Assembly: GCA_030617565.1 (NCBI GenBank)
Contig: JAUWVE010000002.1
Location: 1-36,090 of the forward strand
From: Gammaproteobacteria bacterium
GTDB lineage: Bacteria > Pseudomonadota > Gammaproteobacteria > BMS3Bbin11
Direction of reading: 5' to 3'
DNA length: 36,090 nt
The notes beneath the pieces were generated by a model. It was given only the letters and a program-made list of their open reading frames with translations, did not search any database and was not told the DNA's origin. Position 1 is the first letter of the stretch, and the number at the start of each line of letters is the position of its first letter. Made by a program: the position numbers and the translations under genes. This document shows positions 20,754 through 28,076 of the stretch, piece by piece.

Positions 20754-22273
20754 GTCTGCTCCCCTGGTGCATCTGAAAGCAGGGCTGATACCACTTCGCG
20801 GTCATTGAACGGGATTTTCAAATCACCAATCTGCTGGGTTGCTTCGTGCCCTTTGCCAGCAATCAATATAATGTCGCCTTGCTCTGCAAGCTGCCAGGCC
20901 GCATTAATTGCCTGACGACGATCAGGGATTTCCTGCAGGGTTTCTGGTGAGGACTCCGTCATGCCGGCGATAATGTCAGAACGTATCTCCGCGGGGTCTT
21001 CATGCCTTGAGTTGTCATCAGTGATGAAGACAGTGTCTGATAATTGCTCGGCAATTCTGCCCATGATCGGACGTTTAGCCTGATCACGATCACCGCCGCA
21101 GCCAAAGACGCAGATCAACCGCCTGGCCTGAATGTGTTCACGCAGTGCTATCAACACCTGCTGCAGGGCGTCAGGGCTATGTGCAAAATCGACCACTACG
21201 GTCACCCCTTGCGCACGAAAACATTCCATCCGCCCGGCTGCTGATTCAGCCTCAGACAGAGCACTGGCCACATCGTCGGCCCTGTATCCGCTAGCAAGCA
21301 ATACAGCTGCACAGGCAAGCAGGTTATAAACATTGAAGCGTCCCATCAGACTGCTGTGCAGTTTCAGCTCGCCCCAGGGCGATTTTATTTCGAGTTCTAT
21401 TCCTGCTTCATTCAGTATGATCTGTGATGCATGCACATCACCGTTGTCGATTCCATAGCTGATGATTTGCTCTGCCTGAACCGGTCCGTCCAGCAGCTTT
21501 CCGCCAAATTTATCGTCGATATTGATAACCGCAAGATCCAGATCATTCTGATAAAAAAGCTTTGCTTTGGCCGCACCGTATTGCTGCATGCTGCCATGGA
21601 AATCCAGGTGATCCTGACTCAGGTTTGTAAATACGGCAGTGTTAAATTCCGTACCGCTCACCCGCCCCTGCTGCAGGCCATGAGAGGAAACCTCCATCAA
21701 CAATTGGTCAGAACCCTGAGCAAGCAGTTCGGACATCTGTCTTTGCAGCGTTACAGCATCCGGCGTGGTGTGTGTTGACCTGTGCATTTCTCCCCATAGA
21801 CCGCTGCCGAGCGTTCCGATCACACTTGATCTGGCACCAAGATAATTAAGGCTCTGGGCGAGCAACATGCTGCAGGTAGTCTTGCCGTTGGTGCCTGTTA
21901 TACCGGTTACCGTCATGAACCGAGAAGGATCACCAAAAAAACGACTGGCAATTATCCCTGCCTGTTGAGTGACATCTTTGATTTTGATCAGCGGAACATC
22001 ATCACCTGGCCGGGCATTGATATGCTCGGGCAAATTTGAGTCTGTATCATAAACAACAGCAACAACGCCCTGCCTGACTGCAGCTTCAATAAAGTCATTA
22101 CCATGCTGGCGAGTACCCGGCAGCGCGATAAACAGGTAGCCGGCAGAAATATTTCTGCTATCTATCGCTATGCCTGACACGTCAGGGTCATCAACTGCAG
22201 GGACTTCTATTATCCCTGCTAACAGGCTCGACAATTTGATAGACGGTGGATTCAGGTTCATAGCAAGGCTCAC
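20750..22273 (-). CDS. murE: UDP-N-acetylmuramoyl-L-alanyl-D-glutamate--2,6-diaminopimelate ligase
   Basis: GITGTNGKTT P-loop and a DNSRHEDP region close to the DAP-type DNPR motif; 507 aa. Confidence 0.93.
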   Translation of the reverse strand: MSLAMNLNPPSIKLSSLLAGIIEVPAVDDPDVSGIAIDSRNISAGYLFIALPGTRQHGNDFIEAAVRQGVVAVVYDTDSNLPEHINARPGDDVPLIKIKDVTQQAGIIASRFFGDPSRFMTVTGITGTNGKTTCSMLLAQSLNYLGARSSVIGTLGSGLWGEMHRSTHTTPDAVTLQRQMSELLAQGSDQLLMEVSSHGLQQGRVSGTEFNTAVFTNLSQDHLDFHGSMQQYGAAKAKLFYQNDLDLAVINIDDKFGGKLLDGPVQAEQIISYGIDNGDVHASQIILNEAGIELEIKSPWGELKLHSSLMGRFNVYNLLACAAVLLASGYRADDVASALSEAESAAGRMECFRAQGVTVVVDFAHSPDALQQVLIALREHIQARRLICVFGCGGDRDQAKRPIMGRIAEQLSDTVFITDDNSRHEDPAEIRSDIIAGMTESSPETLQEIPDRRQAINAAWQLAEQGDIILIAGKGHEATQQIGDLKIPFNDREVVSALLSDAPGEQT

Positions 22274-24012
22274 CTGTTGTGCTCCCCGCCAACTTCACTG
22301 AGACCTGCGGCTATCAGCAATCTGTCTTCAGGAATATCATCGGGTGCGACATCAAGAAGACGCAGGGCACCCGTCATCACACTGGCGAATACCGGTGCGG
22401 CGACAGTACCACCATAATATTTGCCTGCACCGGGTTCGTTGACTACGACAACCATCGCCAAACGAGGGCTGGTTGCAGGTGCCATACCGGCAAAAACAGC
22501 GTTATAGAGTTTTGAGTAACCTTTGCCTTCGGCCTTGCGTGATGTACCCGTCTTGCCGGCCACATGATACATAGGAATACGTGCATTCCTGCCTGTTCCC
22601 TCATCACTGACGGCCAGCCTGAGCATGCTGCGAACCTGCTTTGCAGCCGTTGCTGACATAACCTGCTGACCTGCCGGTGCATCAGCATGGCGAAGGATGC
22701 TCAATGGTACGCGATTGCCGTCATTTGCCAGAGTGGCATAAGCCTGGGTCAGCTGCAGTGGGGTTACCGACAGACCATAACCGTAACCGATCGTCGCACG
22801 CCGGATATCACGCCAGCCTGAATGATGCTGTAAAGCACCCTTTGCTTCCCCGGGCAGACCCGAGCCTGGCTGGTGGCCGAAACCCACGCCATTCAGGACA
22901 GACCACAGTTCCTTGTTGTTAAGCTGCTGCGCCAATTTAGCTGCACCCACATTGCTGGATTTCATGATCGTATCTGACACACTGAGGTTTCCATAGTCAT
23001 GTGTGTCTCTGATTGTGAAACTTGCAAGCTTCATCGTGCCACCATCAGTTTCAAGAACCGTTTGTGGCGTTACATAGTTGTTTTCCAGCGCAGCAACCAC
23101 GGTCAGCGGCTTAACCGTTGAGCCCGGTTCAAAGCTGTCTGTCACTGCCCGATTACGGAAACGATTACTGCGCAGCTGTCGGCGGTCATTGGGGTTATAA
23201 CCCGGCTCATTCACCATCGCCAGAACCTCACCGCTTCTGACATCCACCACAACAGCGCTTGCGCTAGTGGCTTTATGTTCCACTACCGCCTTTTTAAGCG
23301 CTCTATAGGCCAGATATTGAATCCGGCTGTCTATGCTCAGCACCAGATCCTCACCATCTGCCGCCCTTTCAATATTGCTGACATGCTCAATAATATGGCC
23401 GGATGCATCACGAATGACCTGATCTTTTCCAGGATGCCCGCGCAAGCTTTCATTATAAGCCAGCTCTATGCCTTCCAGCCCCCGACCATCGACATTGGTA
23501 AATCCGACCAGGTGTCCGGTTACTGCACCGAGAGGATAATAACGCTTGTATTCACGACGCAGAAAAACACCATCAATATCCAGTGCCATGACGCGCTCTG
23601 CTGTATCCGGCAACACCTGTCGGTTCAGGTAAATAAAATGCCTTTTGTTGTTACGCTTAATTTTCTCTTTCAGTTTGCTGTAGCTGATACCAAGAATTTT
23701 CGCCAGCGGCTTCCAGCTTTTCGGGTTCGCATACAGTTTGCTCGGGTCGGCACTGACTGCATCAACCGGTGTACTGACCGCCAGCGGCTGGCCATTTCTA
23801 TCCAGTATCATGCCCCGCACTGCGGAAACATCGATCACTCTCAGTGCCTGGGCATTGCCGCGCTGTTTGAGAAAATCCGCATTAAAAAATTGTAGAAAAA
23901 GTGCGCGCCCGGCCATTACTGCAAACAACGACCCGATCACAGCCAGCACCATCCAGTGCCTGACCGGGCTGGTCAGCGGCTGCTTTCTCTTTTTGCCCAC
24001 AGCTCTCCTCAT
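22270..24012 (-). CDS. ftsI: Peptidoglycan D,D-transpeptidase FtsI (PBP3)
   Basis: N-terminal TM anchor, then transpeptidase motifs STVKP, SSN and KTGT; 580 aa. Confidence 0.93.
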   Translation of the reverse strand: MRRAVGKKRKQPLTSPVRHWMVLAVIGSLFAVMAGRALFLQFFNADFLKQRGNAQALRVIDVSAVRGMILDRNGQPLAVSTPVDAVSADPSKLYANPKSWKPLAKILGISYSKLKEKIKRNNKRHFIYLNRQVLPDTAERVMALDIDGVFLRREYKRYYPLGAVTGHLVGFTNVDGRGLEGIELAYNESLRGHPGKDQVIRDASGHIIEHVSNIERAADGEDLVLSIDSRIQYLAYRALKKAVVEHKATSASAVVVDVRSGEVLAMVNEPGYNPNDRRQLRSNRFRNRAVTDSFEPGSTVKPLTVVAALENNYVTPQTVLETDGGTMKLASFTIRDTHDYGNLSVSDTIMKSSNVGAAKLAQQLNNKELWSVLNGVGFGHQPGSGLPGEAKGALQHHSGWRDIRRATIGYGYGLSVTPLQLTQAYATLANDGNRVPLSILRHADAPAGQQVMSATAAKQVRSMLRLAVSDEGTGRNARIPMYHVAGKTGTSRKAEGKGYSKLYNAVFAGMAPATSPRLAMVVVVNEPGAGKYYGGTVAAPVFASVMTGALRLLDVAPDDIPEDRLLIAAGLSEVGGEHNR

Positions 24013-24272
24013 GGCAGGCGAATCACTGATATCTGTTCGCGAGCGGGATAAACCATGCCCAGCTTCTGGCGTGCTATTTTCTCAATATACCGGGGTTCCG
24101 CATAACGTGCTTCCTGTAGCAGCAGGCGCCCCCATTCGACATTGAAATCATCCCGCTGCAGTTGCAGACCCTGCAGCTGTAAATAAAGACTGCGCGTTGT
24201 GATCCGGGTATATACCAGAGACAGGGCAAGTGCGAGAACCAGTACATAAACAAACAGAGCCTGCCTGGTCAT
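24009..24272 (-). CDS. ftsL: Cell division protein FtsL
   Basis: 87 aa with a single TM helix followed by a leucine-rich coiled-coil segment, in the canonical slot between rsmH and ftsI. Confidence 0.75.
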   Translation of the reverse strand: MTRQALFVYVLVLALALSLVYTRITTRSLYLQLQGLQLQRDDFNVEWGRLLLQEARYAEPRYIEKIARQKLGMVYPAREQISVIRLP

Positions 24273-25213
24273 GCTACCTCCCTGCTCTGGGGCAGCCGTT
24301 CAGCCACCCGCATGATGGCACTGCGAGCCCGAGGATTCTCATCAATTTCAGCCACGCTGGCACGCACGGGCTTACCCACCAGACGCAGGCGAGGGTTACG
24401 GTCAGCGTCACGTATCGGGATTTCTTTCGGCAGGTCATCACCTCGCGCCTGGTCACGTAAGAACCTTTTAACGATGCGGTCTTCCAGTGAATGAAAACTA
24501 ATGGCCAGCAGACGCCCGCCAACACAGAGAGCGTCCAGTGCAATCGGCAATACGGCCGCAATCTCCTCCAGCTCCTTGTTGATACGAATTCGAATCGCCT
24601 GAAAGCTTCGTGTGGCAGGATGCTTATCCTGTGGCCTGGCGGATACCACTTTCTTTATCAGTGCAACCAGTTGAGCAGTCGTTTCAAGCGCGTCATCAGC
24701 ACGTGCATCTACAATCGCCCAGGCGATGCGATGAGCATGTTTCTCCTCCCCATAGCGACGCAGCACATCTCTGATTTCATGATGCTCGGCTGTAGCCAGC
24801 CATTCTGCTGCACTGGGGTGGTCAGCCGGATTCATCCGCATATCAAGCGGGCCATCCTGCATGAAACTGAATCCACGTGAGGCATCATCAAGTTGCGGCG
24901 ATGAAACACCAAAGTCAAACAGGATGCCGCTGAAGCACTCTCCCGGCTGGAGAACATCGGACAGAGATGAGAAATTTGCCTGCCTGACCTGGACACGAGA
25001 ATCGCTGGTAAAACGCTTTGTAACAGCCGCTACTGCCTGCGGGTCACGGTCAAGGGCAAGAATGCGGCCGTCAGCGCCAAGTTTTTCGAGTATCGCGGCG
25101 ACATGACCGCCGCGACCAGCGGTTGCATCCAGATAGTATCCATCTTCACGGATATTCATTGCCTCTACAACCTCCTCCAGCAGGACGGGGTGATGGGGTT
25201 GATCTGCCATCAC
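24269..25213 (-). CDS. rsmH: 16S rRNA (cytosine1402-N4)-methyltransferase
   Basis: HHPVLLEEVVEAM...YLDATAGRGGH N-terminus and SFHSLEDRIVKRF motif. Confidence 0.95.
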   Translation of the reverse strand: MMADQPHHPVLLEEVVEAMNIREDGYYLDATAGRGGHVAAILEKLGADGRILALDRDPQAVAAVTKRFTSDSRVQVRQANFSSLSDVLQPGECFSGILFDFGVSSPQLDDASRGFSFMQDGPLDMRMNPADHPSAAEWLATAEHHEIRDVLRRYGEEKHAHRIAWAIVDARADDALETTAQLVALIKKVVSARPQDKHPATRSFQAIRIRINKELEEIAAVLPIALDALCVGGRLLAISFHSLEDRIVKRFLRDQARGDDLPKEIPIRDADRNPRLRLVGKPVRASVAEIDENPRARSAIMRVAERLPQSREVA

Positions 25214-25218
25214 TCCAC

Positions 25219-25677
25219 CTATAACGAAAGTGATTCGAGCTCGACCAGCATGGGTCCATCACCCAGGCCGTCTTCCATCCATGCATCACGCTGTGCCGTC
25301 CAGTTTTCCTCATCCCATATTTCGAATTTGTTGCCCTGACCGGCCAGTACAATATGTTTTTTCAATTGTGCGAATTCACGCAAAGGTGGTGGCAGCAACA
25401 GGCGGCCGCTGGCATCCAGGTCGACATCCGTCGCCTGACCAATGAAGAATCTTTTAAGTTTTGCAGCACGTTTATCAAATGAAGGTAGCGCAGTAACATC
25501 GGACTCAATGCGCTCCCACTCAGGCAATGTATAAAGCCACAGACAGCGATCGGTGATATTGACAGTGACGACCATGTGGCTATCAGCATCCGAGCGCAGC
25601 TCCTCGCGATAGCGAGTAGGGATGGCGATCCTCCCCTTACTGTCCAGATTGACCTGATTTACTCCTCTAAACATCAT
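25219..25677 (-). CDS. mraZ: Transcriptional regulator MraZ
   Basis: 152 aa starting MFRGVNQVNLDSKGRIAIP, with a second SpoVT/AbrB-like half (LDASGRLLLP); first gene of the dcw cluster. Confidence 0.93.
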   Translation of the reverse strand: MMFRGVNQVNLDSKGRIAIPTRYREELRSDADSHMVVTVNITDRCLWLYTLPEWERIESDVTALPSFDKRAAKLKRFFIGQATDVDLDASGRLLLPPPLREFAQLKKHIVLAGQGNKFEIWDEENWTAQRDAWMEDGLGDGPMLVELESLSL

Positions 25678-25721
25678 CCACCACTTTGTGTCACATCCAC
25701 CTATTGACGGGGTAATTTATT

Positions 25722-25735
25722 CCACTTTTACCCAC
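25722..25735 (-). promoter_or_regulatory. Putative MraZ operator: direct GTGGG/GTGGA repeats with 10-bp spacing in the mraZ 5' leader
   Basis: The minus strand reads GTGGGTAAAAGTGGAATAAA just downstream of the -10 box. Further GTGGA/GTGG copies lie at 25697-25701 and 25678-25685. In E. coli, MraZ binds TGGGN repeats separated by 5 nt. Confidence 0.45.
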
Positions 25736-25743
25736 TTTTTGAC

Positions 25744-25773
25744 ACTATACGACTCAAAAACAGGAATTGTCAA
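25744..25773 (-). promoter_or_regulatory. Sigma70-type promoter of the dcw cluster (Pmra-like)
   Basis: The minus strand reads TTGACA (25773-25768), an 18-nt spacer, then TATAGT (25749-25744), about 65 nt upstream of the mraZ ATG. Confidence 0.55.
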
Positions 25774-25962
25774 GCACAGAAGTAATTTCTTTCTTTAAAA
25801 ACAGTGAATTAGCTTAATTTCCGACAGGAGGTTAATAACTTACTTTAAGTCTGAAATGTAAGTTTCTGAAAAGTATTTGATGAATATTTTGAGGAGTCCT
25901 TTCGTTTTAGTTTTTTGTGCTGACGCACAACGAATAATTCTACCTTAAATTTGGTATGTTCA

Positions 25963-26015
25963 TTTTTATTCTATTTCTTGAATTGATTCTTGTTTTTCGC
26001 ACTTCATGGGCGAGT
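25963..26015 (+). repeat. Left terminal inverted repeat of composite element copy 1
   Basis: tttttattctatttcttgaattgattcttgtttttcgcacttcatgggcgagt matches the reverse complement of 26549-26600 at about 45 of 53 positions, and matches 35689-35741 directly. Confidence 0.85.
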
Positions 26016-26162
26016 GACTTTTTTGAAGGTCGCCCATGGCTTTCACCCCTCGGGTTCCCTGCGATGCTCTAACTGCGCGTCTCGGCAAGCCTGAACGGGA
26101 TCTTGTAGATCAACGATTAAAGACAAAGAACCAAAGAGGAAAGAGAATCCAAAATCAACTTT

Positions 26163-26214
26163 GTAGGTCCGAATTCATTCGGACAATACCCTGTGCGAAT
26201 GAATTCGCACCTAC
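26163..26214. repeat. REP doublet (two inverted GTAGGTsCGAATkmATTCGsAC units, one centred on an EcoRI site) inside copy 1
   Basis: gtaggtccgaattcattcggac / gtgcgaatgaattcgcacctac form a 22-bp stem with 2 mismatches and an 8-nt loop. Each arm is also internally palindromic. Confidence 0.7.
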
Positions 26215-26548
26215 AGAAAATTAAATACATCACGGTGGCGACAACCAGGTTTTGACTTTCCTTGCCCCTTTTACCTTTCCCCTTTTCTCTGCTTTTCATC
26301 CCCTTTTGAGTTGTCGAGCACTGGAAGGCCGGGCCGGAAATAGCGCGGCGCTTGTCTGAGATAAGCGCAGCGAGTTCGCCGCGCCCGGTCCAGACTGAAG
26401 CGCGCAGAGCAGCCGCAGGCCAACCCTTCGGGGCGGTTTTTCTTTGGTTCTGTTTATATGATTCAAAAGACTAAATCCGCCGGGAGCGGATTTGAACAGG
26501 CGAAGACTGACCCGAAGGGTGCAGGCCACGGACGGCCTACATAAATGA

Positions 26549-26600
26549 ACTCGCCCATGAAGGACGAAAAACTAATATCAATTCAAGAAATAGAAAAAAA
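26549..26600 (-). repeat. Right terminal inverted repeat of composite element copy 1
   Basis: actcgcccatgaaggacgaaaaactaatatcaattcaagaaatagaaaaaaa is the reverse complement of the left TIR. Confidence 0.85.
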
Positions 26601-26640
26601 CAGTGTAGCTGCCGTGCGCAAGCACAAAAAAAAGAAAAAA

Positions 26641-26989
26641 TGAGCTGGCCGGTAAGCCGGGTTCTGTCAAGGACAGTCATTCATCTGGGATGTCCGTCGC
26701 CGAACACCTCAAGCAACCTACCCGGATCCAGCACGGGTCATGCCGATGGATCCCTATTTGGTCTTGCTCCGAGTGGGGTTTACCCTGCCACCTGTGTTGC
26801 CACAGGCGCGGTGCGCTCTTACCGCACCATTTCAACCTTACCGGTCCCGCAGGACTTAGGCGGTATATTTTCTGTTGCACTTGCCATCGGCTCACGCCGT
26901 CCAGGCGTTACCTGGCACTCTACCCTGTGGAGCCCGGACTTTCCTCTATAGCTAGTCGAAACTAGCTACAGCGACTGCCTGGCCAACTC
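26641..26989 (-). ncRNA. rnpB: RNase P RNA, bacterial type A
   Basis: The minus strand starts GAGTTGGCCAGGCAGTCGCTG...GAGGAAAGTCCGGGCTCCACAGGGTAGAGTGCCAGGTAACGCCTGG and ends ...GACAGAACCCGGCTTACCGGCCAGCTCA. P1 pairs 5' GAGUUGGCC with 3' GGCCAGCUC, and the universally conserved blocks are present. Confidence 0.93.
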
Positions 26990-26996
26990 GATTCAG

Positions 26997-27005
26997 ATTA
27001 TAACA
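26997..27005 (-). promoter_or_regulatory. Extended -10 promoter of rnpB (TGTTATAAT)
   Basis: The minus strand reads TGT TATAAT, then 7 nt, then the predicted mature 5' G at about 26989. There is no good -35 box. Confidence 0.5.
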
Positions 27006-27009
27006 TGAT

Positions 27010-27045
27010 AATCAAGATTACAGTTTACGGTTTACGGTCTTGATT
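27010..27045. other. Hairpin downstream of rsmI whose loop carries (TTTACGG)x2
   Basis: aatcaaga (27010-27017) pairs perfectly with tcttgatt (27038-27045), enclosing a 20-nt loop. It may terminate or attenuate rsmI read-through into rnpB, but there is no U-tract. Confidence 0.35.
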
Positions 27046-27050
27046 TTCCG

Positions 27051-27099
27051 TAATACGTAATACTTAACACGAATCTTCTTTCGTCTTGGAACTTGGAAC
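27051..27099. repeat. Heptad-phased repeat tract: TAATACG TAATACT TAACACG AATCTTC TTTCGTC TTGGAAC TTGGAAC
   Basis: Read directly from the sequence. It contains one exact doublet (TTGGAAC x2, 27086-27099) and one near-exact triplet (TAATACG-type), all in one 7-nt register. Confidence 0.7.
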
Positions 27100-27103
27100 T
27101 TTC

Positions 27104-27964
27104 TTATTTTCCCTTCTTTTCCAGGCCATACTCATAAAGTACTTTCTTTCTTGCCCCCGACATCCGTGCGGCAAGGCTCGCCGCCTGTGATACAGACAAC
27201 TCAGTCAGCAGGACATTCATCATTGACCTCCCTTGTTCAATACTTTTATCAGGATTTTCTTCCGCACCGGCTATAACGACGACAAATTCTCCACGACCTG
27301 AATTTTCATCCTGCTCCATGGTCAGTAAAACTTCAGCAAGCGTTCCCCGGTAAAGGGATTCAAAACGTTTAGTAAGTTCCCTGCCAACAGTACAGGGGCG
27401 CGAGTCACCAAAGGCATCTTTCATGTCCTGCAGAGATTCACTGATACGATGGGATGATTCGTAGAATACCAGGGTACGGGTTTCTGTTACCAGGGATTCC
27501 AGCTGTTTGCGTCGTGCCGCAGGTTTTGAAGACAGGAAACCTTCAAAACAGAACCGCTCTACCGGCTGCCCGGCGACAGAAAGCATAGTGCTGACAGCAC
27601 TGGGGCCGGGCATGGGCACAGGCTGAAGGCCTGCTTCGTGTACAGCTTGCAGCAGACGGGAACCCGGATCAGAAATCAACGGCGTCCCTGCATCACTAAT
27701 CAGCGCTACTGAGCTGCCGGCCTGCAATAAGCCGATGATTTGTTCAATTCTGGAGGATTCATTATGTTCATGCAGCGACAGCATTGCCGTCTTGATGCCA
27801 TAATGTTGTAATAGCGTTTTACTATGGCGAGTATCCTCCGCTGCAATCAGCTCGACAGATTCTAATGTTTCAAGCGCACGATTTGTAATATCGGAAAGAT
27901 TGCCAATAGGTGTCGCAACAACGTACAATTTCCCAGGTCTTTCAGCTTTGCCTGTTTTCATCAT
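27104..27964 (-). CDS. rsmI: 16S rRNA (cytidine1402-2'-O)-methyltransferase
   Basis: LYVVATPIGNLSDIT tetrapyrrole-methylase-like N-terminus; 286 aa; divergent from lpoA as in E. coli (yraL-yraM). Confidence 0.92.
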   Translation of the reverse strand: MMKTGKAERPGKLYVVATPIGNLSDITNRALETLESVELIAAEDTRHSKTLLQHYGIKTAMLSLHEHNESSRIEQIIGLLQAGSSVALISDAGTPLISDPGSRLLQAVHEAGLQPVPMPGPSAVSTMLSVAGQPVERFCFEGFLSSKPAARRKQLESLVTETRTLVFYESSHRISESLQDMKDAFGDSRPCTVGRELTKRFESLYRGTLAEVLLTMEQDENSGRGEFVVVIAGAEENPDKSIEQGRSMMNVLLTELSVSQAASLAARMSGARKKVLYEYGLEKKGK

Positions 27965-28076
27965 CCCTCGCTATAATCCATTTTTTTCGGAAACGGTAAA
28001 ACGGAATGATACCGTATAAGAAGCTCTGAACAAGTCATGGCATGTCCAGAGCATCCAAAATAAAACTTTTTTAATT

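Larger units (their letters stand above)
25911..26633. mobile_element. ORF-less composite inverted-repeat element (copy 1), MITE/BIME-like and non-autonomous
   Basis: Outer T-run+GTGCnnnnGCAC modules (25911-25928 / 26614-26633) and 53-nt TIRs (25963-26015 / 26549-26600) enclose nested hairpins. A second copy at 35595+ shares the module order. Mobility itself is inferred. Confidence 0.5.

Noticed and set aside
11343-25213. The run of 1-, 4- and 8-nt start/stop overlaps along the dcw cluster, considered as something unusual.
   Set aside because: Such overlaps and translational coupling are the normal state of dcw clusters in proteobacteria. They are noted only as support for the gene calls.
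26370-26420. Faint resemblance of cccggtccagactgaagcgcgcagagcagccgcagg to the SRP (4.5S) RNA conserved core GGUCCGGAAGGAAGCAGCC.
   Set aside because: The match is interrupted and lacks the symmetric/asymmetric loop context and closing helix. The segment is better explained as the inverted copy of the element's own internal unit.
26036-26529. Small ORFs inside composite element copy 1 (26036-26224 +, 26117-26299 -, 26296-26529 -) and copy 2 (35714-36043 +), considered as a possible element-encoded peptide.
   Set aside because: The nucleotide blocks shared by the two copies are read in different frames. For example, ctcggcaagcctgaacggga gives LGKPERD in copy 1 but SASLNGT in copy 2. Indels between copies are not multiples of 3, and there are no SD sequences. 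The conservation is at the DNA/RNA-structure level, not the protein level.
25911-26633. Possibility that the repeated hairpins represent a CRISPR array or an integron attC array.
   Set aside because: There is no regular direct repeat-spacer periodicity in the 25-40 nt range. The repeats are inverted and nested, and no cas or intI gene is present in the window.
26640-26965. ORFs of 103, 91 and 72 aa overlapping 26640-26965 on both strands.
   Set aside because: The region is RNase P RNA (all conserved rnpB blocks are present on the minus strand). The ORFs are artefacts of translating a structured RNA gene.
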